A stretch of 62,966 nt of DNA, filler included, from Stramenopiles sp. TOSAG23-6 (GCA_900128565.1; 8 parts of 8 records of this genome joined end to end with filler, not necessarily neighbours in it); one strand, 5' to 3'. Positions 1 through 11,005 are shown, counted from the whole stretch's first letter. A program made the numbers and translations. Notes: a model not told the origin generated them from the sequence alone.

Positions 1-1318
1 CCCATGGACAAGGTGGATTTTGACTTCTTGCCCATTTCAATACTTCCAAGTGACCTTTTTCAGCTGCCCAACTACACGTACCTTCATTCCATGGACAAGG
101 TGGATTTTGACATCTTAACCACTGTAATACTTCTAATTTACCACCAGAAGCTGCTAAATAACACGTACTTTCATGCCAACGACAAGGTGGATTTTGATTT
201 CTTGCCCATTTCAATACTTCTAAGTGACCATTTTCAGCTGCTAAAGAACATGTTCCTCCATCCCAAGGACAAGGTGGATTTTGACTTCTTAACCATTTCA
301 ATGCTTCTAAGTGACCATTTCCAGCTGCTTTCCAACACGTCATTTCATCCCATGGACAAGGTGGATTTTGACTTTTTACCCATTTGAATACTTCTAAGTG
401 ACCATTTTCAGCTGCTGCAATACACATATTATATTCATTCCAAGGACAAGGTGGATTTTGACTTGTTACCCATTTCAATACTTCCAAGTGACCACCAAAC
501 GCCGCAGCCCTACATGTTTCATCATCCCAAGGACAAGGTGGATTTTGACTTCTTGACCATTTCAATACTTCTACATGACCATTTTGTGCAGCATTAACAC
601 ATGTCCATTTATCCCAAGGACAAGGTGGATTTTGACTTCTTAACCATTTCAATACTTCTAATTGACCAGTAAAAGCTGAATCAGCACATATCATCTCAAT
701 ATTCCATGGACAAGGTGGATTTTGACTTCTTAACCACTGTAATACTTCTAAGTGACCCTTTCTAGCTGCCATAGAGCAAGTACGTTGATCCCATGGACAA
801 GGTGGATTTTGACTTCTTAACCATTGTAATATTTCTAAACTTCCAATATGAGCTGCACAAGAACATGTCCATTCATTCCATGGACAAGGAGGATTCTGAC
901 TTCTTACCCATTGTAATACTTCTAATTGACCATGACTCGCTGCCCACTGACAAGTCTTTTGATTCCACGGACAAGGTGGATTTTGACTTCTTAACCATTG
1001 TAATACGTCCAAGTGACCAGATGAAGCAGCATTACCGCACGTATCTTCATCCCACGGACAAGGTGGCTTTCTAGATCTCAAATATTTTAAAAAAATCAAG
1101 TCACCATGTTTAGCTGTTTCAGTACAACTTACGCTACCCCAATCAACACCAACCATCCAAGGTCGATTTTTGTCCTTTGACACAAGTCTCCCAGAAAGTC
1201 TTTCTTTCAGTGTTAAATGGCTTACAATCAAGACTGCGGGGCCTAACCCGCTAAATACTCTTTGGAGAACTTCTTCTTGATGTTTTGTTCGTTTTTGGCG
1301 GTTAATCATCCTATTCAT
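1..1318 (-). CDS. F-box-like + ankyrin-repeat protein (PCPW-type repeats), runs off the window start
   Basis: My translation of the minus strand from ATG 1318 is open: MNRMINRQ...LIVSHLTLKERLSGRLVSK (F-box-like), then 13 repeats of about 29 aa (87/90 bp), GHLEVLKWLRSQNPPCPWDExTCxxAA. It is missing from the ORF track because there is no stop inside the window. Confidence 0.85.
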   Translation of the reverse strand, partial: MNRMINRQKRTKHQEEVLQRVFSGLGPAVLIVSHLTLKERLSGRLVSKDKNRPWMVGVDWGSVSCTETAKHGDLIFLKYLRSRKPPCPWDEDTCGNAASSGHLDVLQWLRSQNPPCPWNQKTCQWAASHGQLEVLQWVRSQNPPCPWNEWTCSCAAHIGSLEILQWLRSQNPPCPWDQRTCSMAARKGHLEVLQWLRSQNPPCPWNIEMICADSAFTGQLEVLKWLRSQNPPCPWDKWTCVNAAQNGHVEVLKWSRSQNPPCPWDDETCRAAAFGGHLEVLKWVTSQNPPCPWNEYNMCIAAAENGHLEVFKWVKSQNPPCPWDEMTCWKAAGNGHLEALKWLRSQNPPCPWDGGTCSLAAENGHLEVLKWARNQNPPCRWHESTCYLAASGGKLEVLQWLRCQNPPCPWNEGTCSWAAEKGHLEVLKWARSQNPPCPW

Positions 1319-1595
1319 TGTAAGAAAATAATCAAGATATGTTGTGTAGAAAGATACTAATCTTTTTATATTTTAGATTTGATTGAGATTTTTTTGACTT
1401 TTTCATCGAGCGAAAAAAGAAAAATAATCTTTCTAAAGAAGAAAAATATTTCGTGTTTTTTTCTGAACTTGGCCAAAAACGAAACGGAAAAAGTGTGTCA
1501 ACTCTGATCTGATCTGATCAATCATAATATCATATATATGAAAGTTGAAACCAATAATGGCAATTAATAATAAAAAGAGAAAACACCCAACAAGG

Positions 1596-2550
1596 ATGTC
1601 ATATTTCCGGCGTTCATTGACTGCATGTATTGCTATACCTTTTTTGTTATTTATATTCTCATCGAGTCGAAGGGTTTTATTATTATCGATAAGTCTATCT
1701 TTCTGGGGTACTATAGAATGGGAACGTTTGCGAAGTGCCATCATTCGCCAGCTTGTAGAAAGTCTTGGTATGCACATGAATTATCCTACACCAACAAACT
1801 GTGATATTTTAGCTTTATTTTCTTCAACAGTGTGTGCTATTGTATGGTATATACCTAATTGGTTAATCATGTATCAGGTGAATAGTATTGTTGTTGCGAT
1901 TATTATAGTCCTACACGTGAGGCAGTGGATCAACTTTAGAATTGTACAAAGAGGGCCAAAGAAAACTGCGATAAAGTCACGCAATTTATTTGTGTACAGT
2001 ATATGCATCATGGCGATTGATATTTTTGGTATACTATACATACCTTTTTCAATATCGCACATTGTCTTATTATATTCTGATCCACAATTAGGTGAAAGTG
2101 GCATGTATGATTTATTTTTTTCAATTTCGATTTTATTTTTCGTACGAAATTTTGTACCTAACGATTTTTTTTCGAAATATTTTNCCAAAATACATGCATC
2201 ATCGTTTCAATAACTTAAAAAATCGAGTGAAAGTTTTAGAATATGTACTTCGTGAAGTCCTCAGTAATAATAATGAATCTGTAGGTAAAAAAAATAATAA
2301 AATGGACACGACTATTCTAAAAAAATTATTGACAAGTAGTATGGAAGGCCAACCTATATGTTCGGATGCAAGCATGGCTGTGAGTACACCGGGTAACATT
2401 GATGAACAAGTGTGTCTAGATAGTCCTTCTTTACACTTATCTTCTTATTTTCAAACTGAAAAAAAGGAAATTTCACACAATACAGATATTCCAGAAGCTG
2501 TAAGGTTGCCAAACAAAGATAGAATTGAACAAAATAGTAGCAATTTGTAG
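1596..2550 (+). CDS. Hypothetical multi-pass membrane protein with C-terminal coiled coil, 2 exons
   Basis: ORFs 1545..2213 and 2092..2550 join in frame (...GESG-MHHRFNNLK) on removing intron 2105-2195 (GTATGA...ATACAT). Confidence 0.7.
2105..2195 (+). other. Non-canonical GT-AT intron (family member)
   Basis: CAT|GTATGATTT...TTCGTACGAAATTTTGTACCTAAC...CCAAAATACAT|G; removal restores the frame. Confidence 0.8.
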
Positions 2551-2777
2551 CCCAAAAGTAATATATATATATATATAATATTTAATCATAAATTTATGAC
2601 ATTTTATAAAATGAAATTTTAATAATAGAATGTAATCAAATCTAAATCAGTGATTTTGATGGATTGGTTTTCTTTTCGTAGTCTTCGTAAATGCAATTGT
2701 GTCCACTTCCTTGCCGTTCGTTGCCTTTACAGTAAAATCTTCTTTACCCTCTACATAAAATATTCCTTCTAGTTGAT

Positions 2778-4022
2778 TCACTGAGAATTATATACTTTTA
2801 CACGTTTAATGGACAGTCTACGTGAAATAAAATTAATTAGATATTGTACTAATCTACTCTTTCCATGTTCTCGTAGTAGTATTGTTCTTCTTTGTTTGTC
2901 CAAGTTTGTCTTCCACTCACGAGCTATCCATTCCTCAGTAGATCCAACATGTAGATCTTTGACATCTTTGAGAAAGCTCAGAATGTAATTTGTCATTCTT
3001 GGTGAAATATTCAATAATGCGGGTAATAATGATCTGTACGTAGCTACAAATCTCCTCCTTCGTGCTTCTCTAACAAAATTGCGAATGCTTTTTACAAAAT
3101 CCTTATTGTTTAAATTTTGAGAAGTTGCACCAAAGAAGTCGATTAAATTCTTTCTTTCATGATAATATTGTATAACATCAGGATTCTCTTGAGGGCTATC
3201 TTTAATCAGTGTCTCATATTTTCCCTTTGTAATATTTGCTCTAAATGATTGCAAAATAATCTTTACTATAGCGTTTCCATGTTTTAGATCAGCTGTTAAT
3301 ATTTTATTGTGTCGAGATCGAAAGAGCTCTTTCCTCACTTCTAGTCTTTGTGTGATTGCAAATCCAGTCGCTGAATCGGAAGGGTTATGTTTATGCATTC
3401 TACCATTTAATTGTACGGGTTGAAAAGGTATATAACTACTGGTATTAACATTAGCACCTGCATCGACCAAAAGTTGGACAGAAAGGGAATCAAAATTTTG
3501 TATGGCTACAACCAAAGACGTATTGTTATGCTTGTCAAAATATTCAATGTTAGCTCCCGCACTAATAAATAAAGATATCATTCGACTTTTCATGATATTT
3601 GTCTTGTAGAATGACACAACATAGAACAATGGAGACTCCTCATGATTGAATATACAATTTACGTTAGCACCAAATTGAACCAGTGAATAAACCGTGGCTT
3701 CATCTCTCCGTATAATAGCAAGTCCCATCAAGTTCAGTATCAAACCATTTGAACCGTACCAAGACACGTTAATATCACCTAACGGATCTGCCACAATCGC
3801 AGCAATTAAGTGTTTGATTTCTTTCTCACGTTGTTTGATATTTTGTTCAAGAACTCTTTCTTTAAAGTGGAATTTTTCCACAGCTGAATACAGTCTTGAT
3901 TCAGTATGGGAAAGTTGTCGAAAGTGACGTTTAATCTTGTGCGAGTTTTGTTGGTGTGCGCCTCTGACTGTTGCAATACATAAAAAAAGATAAAGAGCAT
4001 AATGAGCATAATGAATCAACAT
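2778..4022 (-). CDS. Ankyrin-repeat protein with predicted signal peptide
   Basis: Hydrophobic N-terminus; repeats LVQFGANVN, FISAGANIE, LLVDAGANVN. Confidence 0.8.
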   Translation of the reverse strand: MLIHYAHYALYLFLCIATVRGAHQQNSHKIKRHFRQLSHTESRLYSAVEKFHFKERVLEQNIKQREKEIKHLIAAIVADPLGDINVSWYGSNGLILNLMGLAIIRRDEATVYSLVQFGANVNCIFNHEESPLFYVVSFYKTNIMKSRMISLFISAGANIEYFDKHNNTSLVVAIQNFDSLSVQLLVDAGANVNTSSYIPFQPVQLNGRMHKHNPSDSATGFAITQRLEVRKELFRSRHNKILTADLKHGNAIVKIILQSFRANITKGKYETLIKDSPQENPDVIQYYHERKNLIDFFGATSQNLNNKDFVKSIRNFVREARRRRFVATYRSLLPALLNISPRMTNYILSFLKDVKDLHVGSTEEWIAREWKTNLDKQRRTILLREHGKSRLVQYLINFISRRLSIKRVKVYNSQ

Positions 4023-4035
4023 TATTATCGGGTCC

Positions 4036-4109
4036 TTTTACCCGTATGATATAGTGTTGATTTTCTCTACACTTTTTACCCGTATGATAAAGTATTGATT
4101 TTCTCTACA
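4036..4109. repeat. 38-bp tandem duplication in the divergent promoter between two ankyrin genes
   Basis: TTTTACCCGTATGATA(T/A)AGT(G/A)TTGATTTTCTCTACA occurs twice. Confidence 0.85.
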
Positions 4110-4317
4110 TAGAGTTTCTTCCTATTCGGGGGATCGGAGATCAGCTGAGTGATGACGAGGTGCGCTGACTACTATTAGAATCTGAAATCGATGCGAATTT
4201 CTGCGTACCATTTTTTCATACTTAATTCAATAAAAATTAACTTTGATTAATTTTTTGACTCAGTTCCTACCTATTGATCCACTTTTTAGTAATACACACG
4301 GTAAAACCTGTACTAAA

Positions 4318-5109
4318 ATGAAACACGTTTTTGCATTTATGGTTTTTGCTATTATTCATACAGTGTCTGCCTCTTATCATATTCGGGAAGGAAAGCGTGC
4401 TTCCCGGAAAGCAAAACATGTGCCCCAGAAAGTCACAACACATTCGTCAACGAGTGTGCCCCGCAAAGCAAATACTGTATCCCCGAAAGGTAATAGTGTT
4501 TCTTGTGAAGCAAAGAAAGAAGCGGCGCATTGTTCCCAAGAAAGTGGATGCAGTGACGAGCAAATGGTGACAGAGCTCCTAGATTTTACGGATAAGGGAG
4601 ATATCTTCATGATGGGATTCTTGATTAATTCGGGTGTTGATGTAAATGCAGAAGGTTACTGTGGTTATACTCCACTTCGAATGGCTGTAAGAAATCAAAA
4701 CTACATGGCTGTGAGATACCTAGTTTACTTTAATGTAAACCTTGATGGAACCGGTTTACGAATGGCGATCAAATATGATGATGAACGAATGGTACAATTA
4801 CTCATCAATTCAGGTGTTGACATTAACAAAATCGACAAGTTTGGCAATACATTTTTAACCATTGCGGCAACGGAAGGTTCTCTTGAAGCAGTGAAAGTAA
4901 TCCTCAAATCTATCAATCAAAATTTAATTTCGTTTGGTGATATTTTAGGGAAGACCGCGAAGGATTATGCTATGATGATGGGCCATGCAGCAGTATATCA
5001 AGAAATACTTCAGTACGAAGCCAAATTGCATAAAAGAAGTGAAGCATGGTCAGTTGTAGAGATTGGCCCTCGAAATCCACAGTCGCTAAAAAAAACACGA
5101 ACGTCCTAA
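4318..5109 (+). CDS. Ankyrin-repeat protein with predicted signal peptide
   Basis: MKHVFAFMVFAIIHTVSA signal-like start; LINSGVDVNAEGYCGYTPLRMA and LINSGVDINKIDKFGNTFLTIAA repeats. Confidence 0.85.
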   Translation: MKHVFAFMVFAIIHTVSASYHIREGKRASRKAKHVPQKVTTHSSTSVPRKANTVSPKGNSVSCEAKKEAAHCSQESGCSDEQMVTELLDFTDKGDIFMMGFLINSGVDVNAEGYCGYTPLRMAVRNQNYMAVRYLVYFNVNLDGTGLRMAIKYDDERMVQLLINSGVDINKIDKFGNTFLTIAATEGSLEAVKVILKSINQNLISFGDILGKTAKDYAMMMGHAAVYQEILQYEAKLHKRSEAWSVVEIGPRNPQSLKKTRTS

Positions 5110-5267
5110 GTAAACATTACAAATTTTCAATGTTGATCTGAAATCTGATCAAGACAAAAACATCTTTAAAAAAGAAAATATGTTTTTGAAGATCAAATAA
5201 ACGAAAGTTCGCGAAAGTTAAATCTTTTAACATTATTTTATTGATCAGTTTTATTTCAATCCAATGT

Positions 5268-6431
5268 TTACCTCATAGTGAAGTCAAGCGGCGTCGTGGC
5301 ACCCGAAGGCATACATTTCATCTGCTCGGCTATCATACTATCAATATTTTCCGGTATCATTCCAGCCATCACATAAAATTTCTTTGCTTGTATCGCACCC
5401 GCATCACCTGAAATTACAGCGAACATACACTCTGTAATACTCTTTGACATAAAACTATTAGTATCCTTATCGATATCCTGACCCGCTCTTGTAAATTTCC
5501 CTGCTCTATATAATCCACGAGCAGCTGCTGACACGTGTGGAGATACACAACCCGCTTTTTCCCATTTAAATAATTCAACCATAGAAGCATCAGAAGTTCT
5601 TGACGCGTTTTCTGCACAACTAAGAGCCCATTCGTCCATAATTTGTAGTGCATTCTTAGCCTCCTTTTGTTGATAAGTGCGAATGCTAGCTGCTTTTCTT
5701 AACCAAGTTTTAGCTTGAATATAGTCTCTCTCGAGATAGCCTGGAATTCCATTTAAATAATCACCTCCCAAGCGAGTGTATGCACCAACAAATTCAGCGG
5801 CAGCTGCTTTACGCAGTAACTTATGAGCTTTCCAATTCATTTTAGGTGTTAGTCCGTTTCCAATCAATCTTGATGCAAGCATAGCATGTGCCCATGGATG
5901 ACCTGCTTTAGACTGCTCTTTTAACTTTGTCATATGTTGTTCAGGCTCTACCATCTGTTTTTTGCACATAAGACAAATACCACCAGGGAATCTCTCGTGA
6001 TAGATTTGGTCGCACTTTGTATGAATAACTCTGCCACAGCATAAATGCCTTGTTCGAATAGTCATTTCAATTGGACCGAACACAGCTGGTGCGGTTGGAC
6101 AGGGTTTTTGGCAAACCGGGCAATTCTCTACTATTTCGTCAACCTCCGGAAGTTCTTCTACTGATTCAAAAAACGATTTTGGAGGATCGGAATTCGCAAT
6201 ATCTCTAGCCTCTTTTTCAATTGCTCCTTTTTTGTCCAACTCTTTGATCTTATTCTTATATTTTGCCGGTTTATGCACTTTTTTATGCTGTTTCCATGCC
6301 TTGGTAAAGCACCTTTTACCACAAAATACTGCTCTAGGTAGACCTAATTTTTCACATGTAGGACAAATCATCTTTGCCGGTTTACCACAGTGACTACAAG
6401 CTTTAGAATAATTTTCTTTCGTACGAGACAT
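5268..6431 (-). CDS. zf-C6H2/MYND-like zinc finger + RING-like + Sel1-repeat protein
   Basis: CSHCGKPAKMICPTC...FCGKRCFTKAWKQHKKVH; CPVC...CCG..H..C...CLMC; AYTRLGGDYLNG...RDYIQAKTWLRKAA. Confidence 0.75.
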   Translation of the reverse strand: MSRTKENYSKACSHCGKPAKMICPTCEKLGLPRAVFCGKRCFTKAWKQHKKVHKPAKYKNKIKELDKKGAIEKEARDIANSDPPKSFFESVEELPEVDEIVENCPVCQKPCPTAPAVFGPIEMTIRTRHLCCGRVIHTKCDQIYHERFPGGICLMCKKQMVEPEQHMTKLKEQSKAGHPWAHAMLASRLIGNGLTPKMNWKAHKLLRKAAAAEFVGAYTRLGGDYLNGIPGYLERDYIQAKTWLRKAASIRTYQQKEAKNALQIMDEWALSCAENASRTSDASMVELFKWEKAGCVSPHVSAAARGLYRAGKFTRAGQDIDKDTNSFMSKSITECMFAVISGDAGAIQAKKFYVMAGMIPENIDSMIAEQMKCMPSGATTPLDFTMR

Positions 6432-6844
6432 TCTATCTTTGTTGAGAGTCCACAGTAACTTTCTTAATTGTCCGTTTTGATGGATACGATAAATGGATGC
6501 TGTGCCACGAGTGCCACTTTCTAAAGTTTCAAATAGAGCGCTTCGACTGTTGCAGGCAGACGGCTACGCCTGATGACAGGAGCACCCAAGATATAGCCCT
6601 AGATTTATCTTATATCCTTGGATGACCGCTTTGAGGAAAAAAAAAGTTTAGAATCCGTTACGTGTCGGTTAACTATTGACATTCCTACTTGAGTAGCCTA
6701 GCTAGTGGTGCAGTAGTACACCGGTACCAACAGTCCCACCCAAAGTCACTTACCGTACATCATGCAACAGACACTGATGATTGAATGAATGAAAAGTTCA
6801 AAGGTTTTCGACCAAAACACATTATTCAGATATAACAATCAGTA

Positions 6845-8262
6845 ATGCGGAAACAGCGAATTGTCCTTGCGATTCTATTTGTTCCAACATCCATCATTAT
6901 TTACGACGTTGTGAAGTGTTTTCTATCAACTAACGACAACATCTCAGCTACAAGCAACCAAAATGAACATTTAGATGTACAAATTGACGCTGTTACTGCA
7001 ACTCGACTTGGTCTGAAACATTGTCCTGTTACAGAAAGATCAGCAGTTGTAGATAAAAAAACAAAAGACCGAGGCATGATAAATAATACGTCATTCTCTC
7101 TAAATAATACTTCAGTGAACAAAAACGAAATGTGTAGAAATCCAAATCCAAAAGTACATAATATTAATAGTGCATTACTAAAAGATATTGATGCAGGAGA
7201 TTGCTTTGATGGTCTAAAAAGTGGAAATCGTGTTTGTCTTCCTATAGCTTTAATCATAGGTGCTCAAAAAAGTGGAACGACGTTTGTTTTATTTTTTTTC
7301 AATTTGGAATTTATATTTTTTCGTACGAAAATTTGTACCTAACAATTTTTAATCCAAAAAAAAAAAATATTTTTTCACAAAACATGTTTATTCAGAGTTG
7401 GTTGACCAGACATCCCCAAATGAAGTTCTCAAAAAATAACGAGATGCATTTTTTCGATTTTTTACATAAATCTTTCAAGTCTCCAAAAGGTTTATTTTTT
7501 GATAGATTTTGGGATATTAATCATTTGCCATTGAGTGAGTCATGGAAGTTGTATCTCAGTCGTCAAGAAGAATTACTTCGGTTACCCGGTACATCACCTT
7601 GGCCTACTACAGGAAAACTTTTCATGTTCGATAAAACTCCTGCATATTTTGATACTGCAGATCCTTCCGACATTTTTGAAATGATGCCATCTGTACGATT
7701 GATACTTATATTACGTCAACCTAGTACTCGCTTTCATTCATCATGGCATCATTGCTTTAGATTTAATCGTTCCTCAACAAAAAAGTGCAGTTTGCATTCG
7801 GAAACTCCAGACGGATTTTTAAAACATTTACAAGAGTCTCTTTGTGTTGATTCATCTGGTACTTTGGTAATAAATGATAATGGCATAAATATTAGTCATA
7901 AAGCCACGACAATGAGAGGACTAAAACTTGGTCAATATCATTTTTATTTAGAAAAATGGATGCAAAATAGCAAATTTATACACGAAAATTTACTTGTTTT
8001 ATTTCATAAAAATCTTATTGAAGATCCATTCACAGCAATGCGTAAAATTGAAGATCATTTAGGATTGTACCATTTTGACTATAAAGGTCTTGCTTATCGA
8101 GATAATGATGCAATGTGGCGTTTGAAACCTTCATCATATGATAATATGTATACAGGAGCAGAAAATTATGAAATCCTTTCTAAGTCGAGGGAAATTTTAG
8201 ATACATTTTATGCTGATAGCATCGAACGACTTCGAAATATTAATGGTAATGTACCGTGGTGA
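6845..8262 (+). CDS. Type II membrane sulfotransferase (heparan sulfate 3-O-sulfotransferase-like), 2 exons
   Basis: Removing intron 7282-7385 gives the PAPS-binding motif IIGAQKSGTTFIQSWLTRHP, followed by EMHFFD, FDKTPAYF and LILILRQPSTRFHS. Confidence 0.88.
7282..7385 (+). other. Non-canonical GT-AT intron interrupting the 5'-PSB motif
   Basis: ACG AC|GTTTGTTTT...CACAAAACAT|G TTT ATT gives KSGTT-FIQSWL with correct motif spacing. Confidence 0.85.
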
Positions 8263-8476
8263 TATGTTATATTAATACATTTCATATTTTAAGAAGTAGT
8301 TATTCTGAATAAATAAAAAATTTCGAAAACATCAATCTTTTGTGCTTTTTTGGAACAGGAATGTTCGAGACCGTAACTGTCACTGCTATATTTATTTCGT
8401 AACGTCTCGTCTGTCAGAAACAACTTACTTTTTCACGCCTTTTTCACAGTGATTTTGAATACATACTAACCTAACC

Positions 8477-10672
8477 ATGGATGCATCTGCAGCGTTCTGG
8501 GATTTATTAGCTTTTACCACGGGCATAACATATCTAGATAAGGAGACTATGCAAGAGCTGAAGACTAAGATTAAGCGACCATCAGTTGCAACCGACGGGA
8601 ATGACGAGTACTTTGATGATATGGACGGCGATGGCTTAGATGACAGATATGAAAGTATGACTACAGATCTTGAGGATCCATCATGGCAAATGATGGAGAT
8701 CGCTCAATTCACACGTGAACAGAGTAATTTGAGAAGCATGTCTCCTGTATCACCAACTGGTAAAAACAAACGAAGGCCCAAGGTGTCGAAGATCTCAACA
8801 AAAGACGATAAGCAGTGGTCGCCTCAGGTGCAAGGTTTACTTCACTTGTATAAGAAGAATTTAGCCCTGGAAAACCCAAAACTTTGGAAAAAGAGTAAAT
8901 ATTGTAATTTTTTCAAAAGTATGAAACTGAAAGCTTTGAATATTTCTAATTTTGATGTTGCTTTCAAAGAATTTAAAAGACTAGATGAACTGAATATTTC
9001 ACAAAACAAAGTTACCACTTTGCGTAACCTTCCACCTCGTCTTCGAGTGCTTTATGCATTCCACAATGAAGTATCAAGAATTGACACAAATGTGTCGCAT
9101 CCAAAATTAGAATGTCTTGGTCTTGGGTGTAATAATTTGGCACAAGTTAATGATATAGTGCTTTGCTTTCCAGATTTACAAATTTTAGATTTGAGTTATA
9201 ATCAACTCATTGATATTGATGATATCGTAAACCAACTAGCAAAATTACCCAACTTGAAGAATCTGACTTTATTGGGTAATCCATGCGCATTGCTTCCAGG
9301 GTACTTAAATGCTGTTGTATCTAAACTGCCAACATTGGAATATCTTGATGATTTGACAGTTGAAGATATTAAACAATATGCCCCAACCCCTGATTTTTTA
9401 CCTCTCACTACAGAAATATTTCCAGAAATAAATAGAAGAGAAATTGTTGGTCAATCTGAAAGTAGTATGTCTGGTAGTACAGAGCAACCCCTCACGAATG
9501 AAAATAATAAGGATAATCCGATGAATCAAAATGATGAAGGATTACCACATAGTACTACAACAACACCAGTTGTGGAACAATGTGATGATAATTCTACAAA
9601 GATAAAGGTAGATCGAAATATTGTAGAACTAAAACTTTCTGTGGAACGATTTTATCGAACTACTGAAGCGGCAGCTCTTAAGCGAGAGTTGAGTAAATCA
9701 AAGTATAATACACCAGAAAGTTCATTGTCACTATCTCCAGTCCCAAGCACCAAATCTAATGATGGGGCTACAAATACTACATTTAATNNNNNNNNNNNNN
9801 NNNNNNNNNNNNNNNNNNCCCGACCAGCTGATGATTCTCAATTAAAGCGAGCTGGTAAAGATATTCATTCATTCTCAATCAAAGTAGAGCTGGCGGGGAA
9901 AATTCTGGAAGCAAATGAAATTACTCTACCTCTTGGTGAAGATGCAAATATTGTGGAGAGACCTGAAGGTCTTGATCAAATAGTGCAGTACACCCCGACA
10001 ACACAGCTACGTGATGCTTTGGCTGTTGATGGATTGAAATGTACTCTATATTGTAATTATATGCCAAAACCTGATAGTGAGTCAGAAAAGAAGCGAAAGA
10101 AAGATTGGTTAATAAAAAACGAACTTTTGAAGGAAGATGCCCCAATAAAAGACAGCACTGAAACAAGAAACTCTGAAGAAGAACAAGGCCAAGAACAAGA
10201 GGAAAACATGGAAAATGAAGCAACATTTTCTGGTAACACAGAAACTGAAACAACACTTGCTGATGACCCTTCCGATGGTAAATTACATTCTGAGCCTAAT
10301 ACTACAACATCAAATACATCATCTATAACTGAAGCTGACTTTCCTCCACCTTCCATGGAAGTGAAACGTGTTGGTGGAAGTTTTAATTTAGATATTTCAC
10401 ATTTACTCCACCCTTGGGCGGACAAAACGCCATTGGTTGCTGGTGGACCATGTACAATTAAAGCAAAGTCTAGATGGAGTGTTCTGTCGAGCAAGGTAAA
10501 AGGTGGTGTTTGGGGAATGATAGATAAGAAATCGAAGAGTCCTGCTTATGATATTGTTATTTCTGTAGAGCTTAATCCAAGGATTTACTATAGTAATGCT
10601 TCGGCATCTCTATCAGAGGAGCCTAAAAATCAGGAGAAAGAAGAAGAAGAAATACCGAATCAGTCTGAGTAA
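8477..10672 (+). CDS. Leucine-rich repeat protein (LRRC43-like)
   Basis: LDELNISQNKV, LECLGLGCNNL, LQILDLSYNQL and LKNLTLLGNP plus an LRRcap; internal N gap at about 9788-9818. Confidence 0.75.
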   Translation: MDASAAFWDLLAFTTGITYLDKETMQELKTKIKRPSVATDGNDEYFDDMDGDGLDDRYESMTTDLEDPSWQMMEIAQFTREQSNLRSMSPVSPTGKNKRRPKVSKISTKDDKQWSPQVQGLLHLYKKNLALENPKLWKKSKYCNFFKSMKLKALNISNFDVAFKEFKRLDELNISQNKVTTLRNLPPRLRVLYAFHNEVSRIDTNVSHPKLECLGLGCNNLAQVNDIVLCFPDLQILDLSYNQLIDIDDIVNQLAKLPNLKNLTLLGNPCALLPGYLNAVVSKLPTLEYLDDLTVEDIKQYAPTPDFLPLTTEIFPEINRREIVGQSESSMSGSTEQPLTNENNKDNPMNQNDEGLPHSTTTTPVVEQCDDNSTKIKVDRNIVELKLSVERFYRTTEAAALKRELSKSKYNTPESSLSLSPVPSTKSNDGATNTTFNXXXXXXXXXXXRPADDSQLKRAGKDIHSFSIKVELAGKILEANEITLPLGEDANIVERPEGLDQIVQYTPTTQLRDALAVDGLKCTLYCNYMPKPDSESEKKRKKDWLIKNELLKEDAPIKDSTETRNSEEEQGQEQEENMENEATFSGNTETETTLADDPSDGKLHSEPNTTTSNTSSITEADFPPPSMEVKRVGGSFNLDISHLLHPWADKTPLVAGGPCTIKAKSRWSVLSSKVKGGVWGMIDKKSKSPAYDIVISVELNPRIYYSNASASLSEEPKNQEKEEEEIPNQSE

Positions 10673-11005
10673 GGTATTTTAAGTAGCCAATGATAAAAAG
10701 ATTATGACGAAAAGACAATCAATATTGATATAAAATAAACTACAAAACTTTTAATAAAATCTAGATTTAATAATCATTTTAATTGATCTATGGCACTCTA
10801 TAATTTATTCAAGGGATCAAGGTCAAATGATGTCAACCAAGGATATAGTACTATTATGATAGTAATTTACAATTCTTGTGTCAGTTGACAAGTCATAAAG
10901 AAGAAAAGTGAAAAGAAAATAACGGCTAACGGGTCAAACGCAAATTGACGCTCTTGATCGGTGAAGAAGAATCTCGAAGGCCTTCTTTCCAATTATTGAA
11001 GAGAA

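Noticed and set aside
1-1074. 87-bp periodic repeats as a CRISPR array; + strand ORFs MDKVDFDF...
   Set aside because: The period is a multiple of 3 and the minus strand is one open ankyrin-repeat frame. The + ORFs are antisense shadows, and there are no cas genes.
2103-2193. Classical U12 (minor spliceosome) AT-AC introns
   Set aside because: The -2 register reads AT-AC in many copies, but the U12 donor ATATCCTT and branch TCCTTAAC are absent. The register also fails at 7282, 12038, 14199 and 22052, where the exon does not end in AT.
6560-6650. Hammerhead ribozyme or snoRNA suggested by CTGATGA and hairpins (also a structured stretch at 17730-17790)
   Set aside because: I could not build the required stems or boxes; no ncRNA is supportable without a covariance search.
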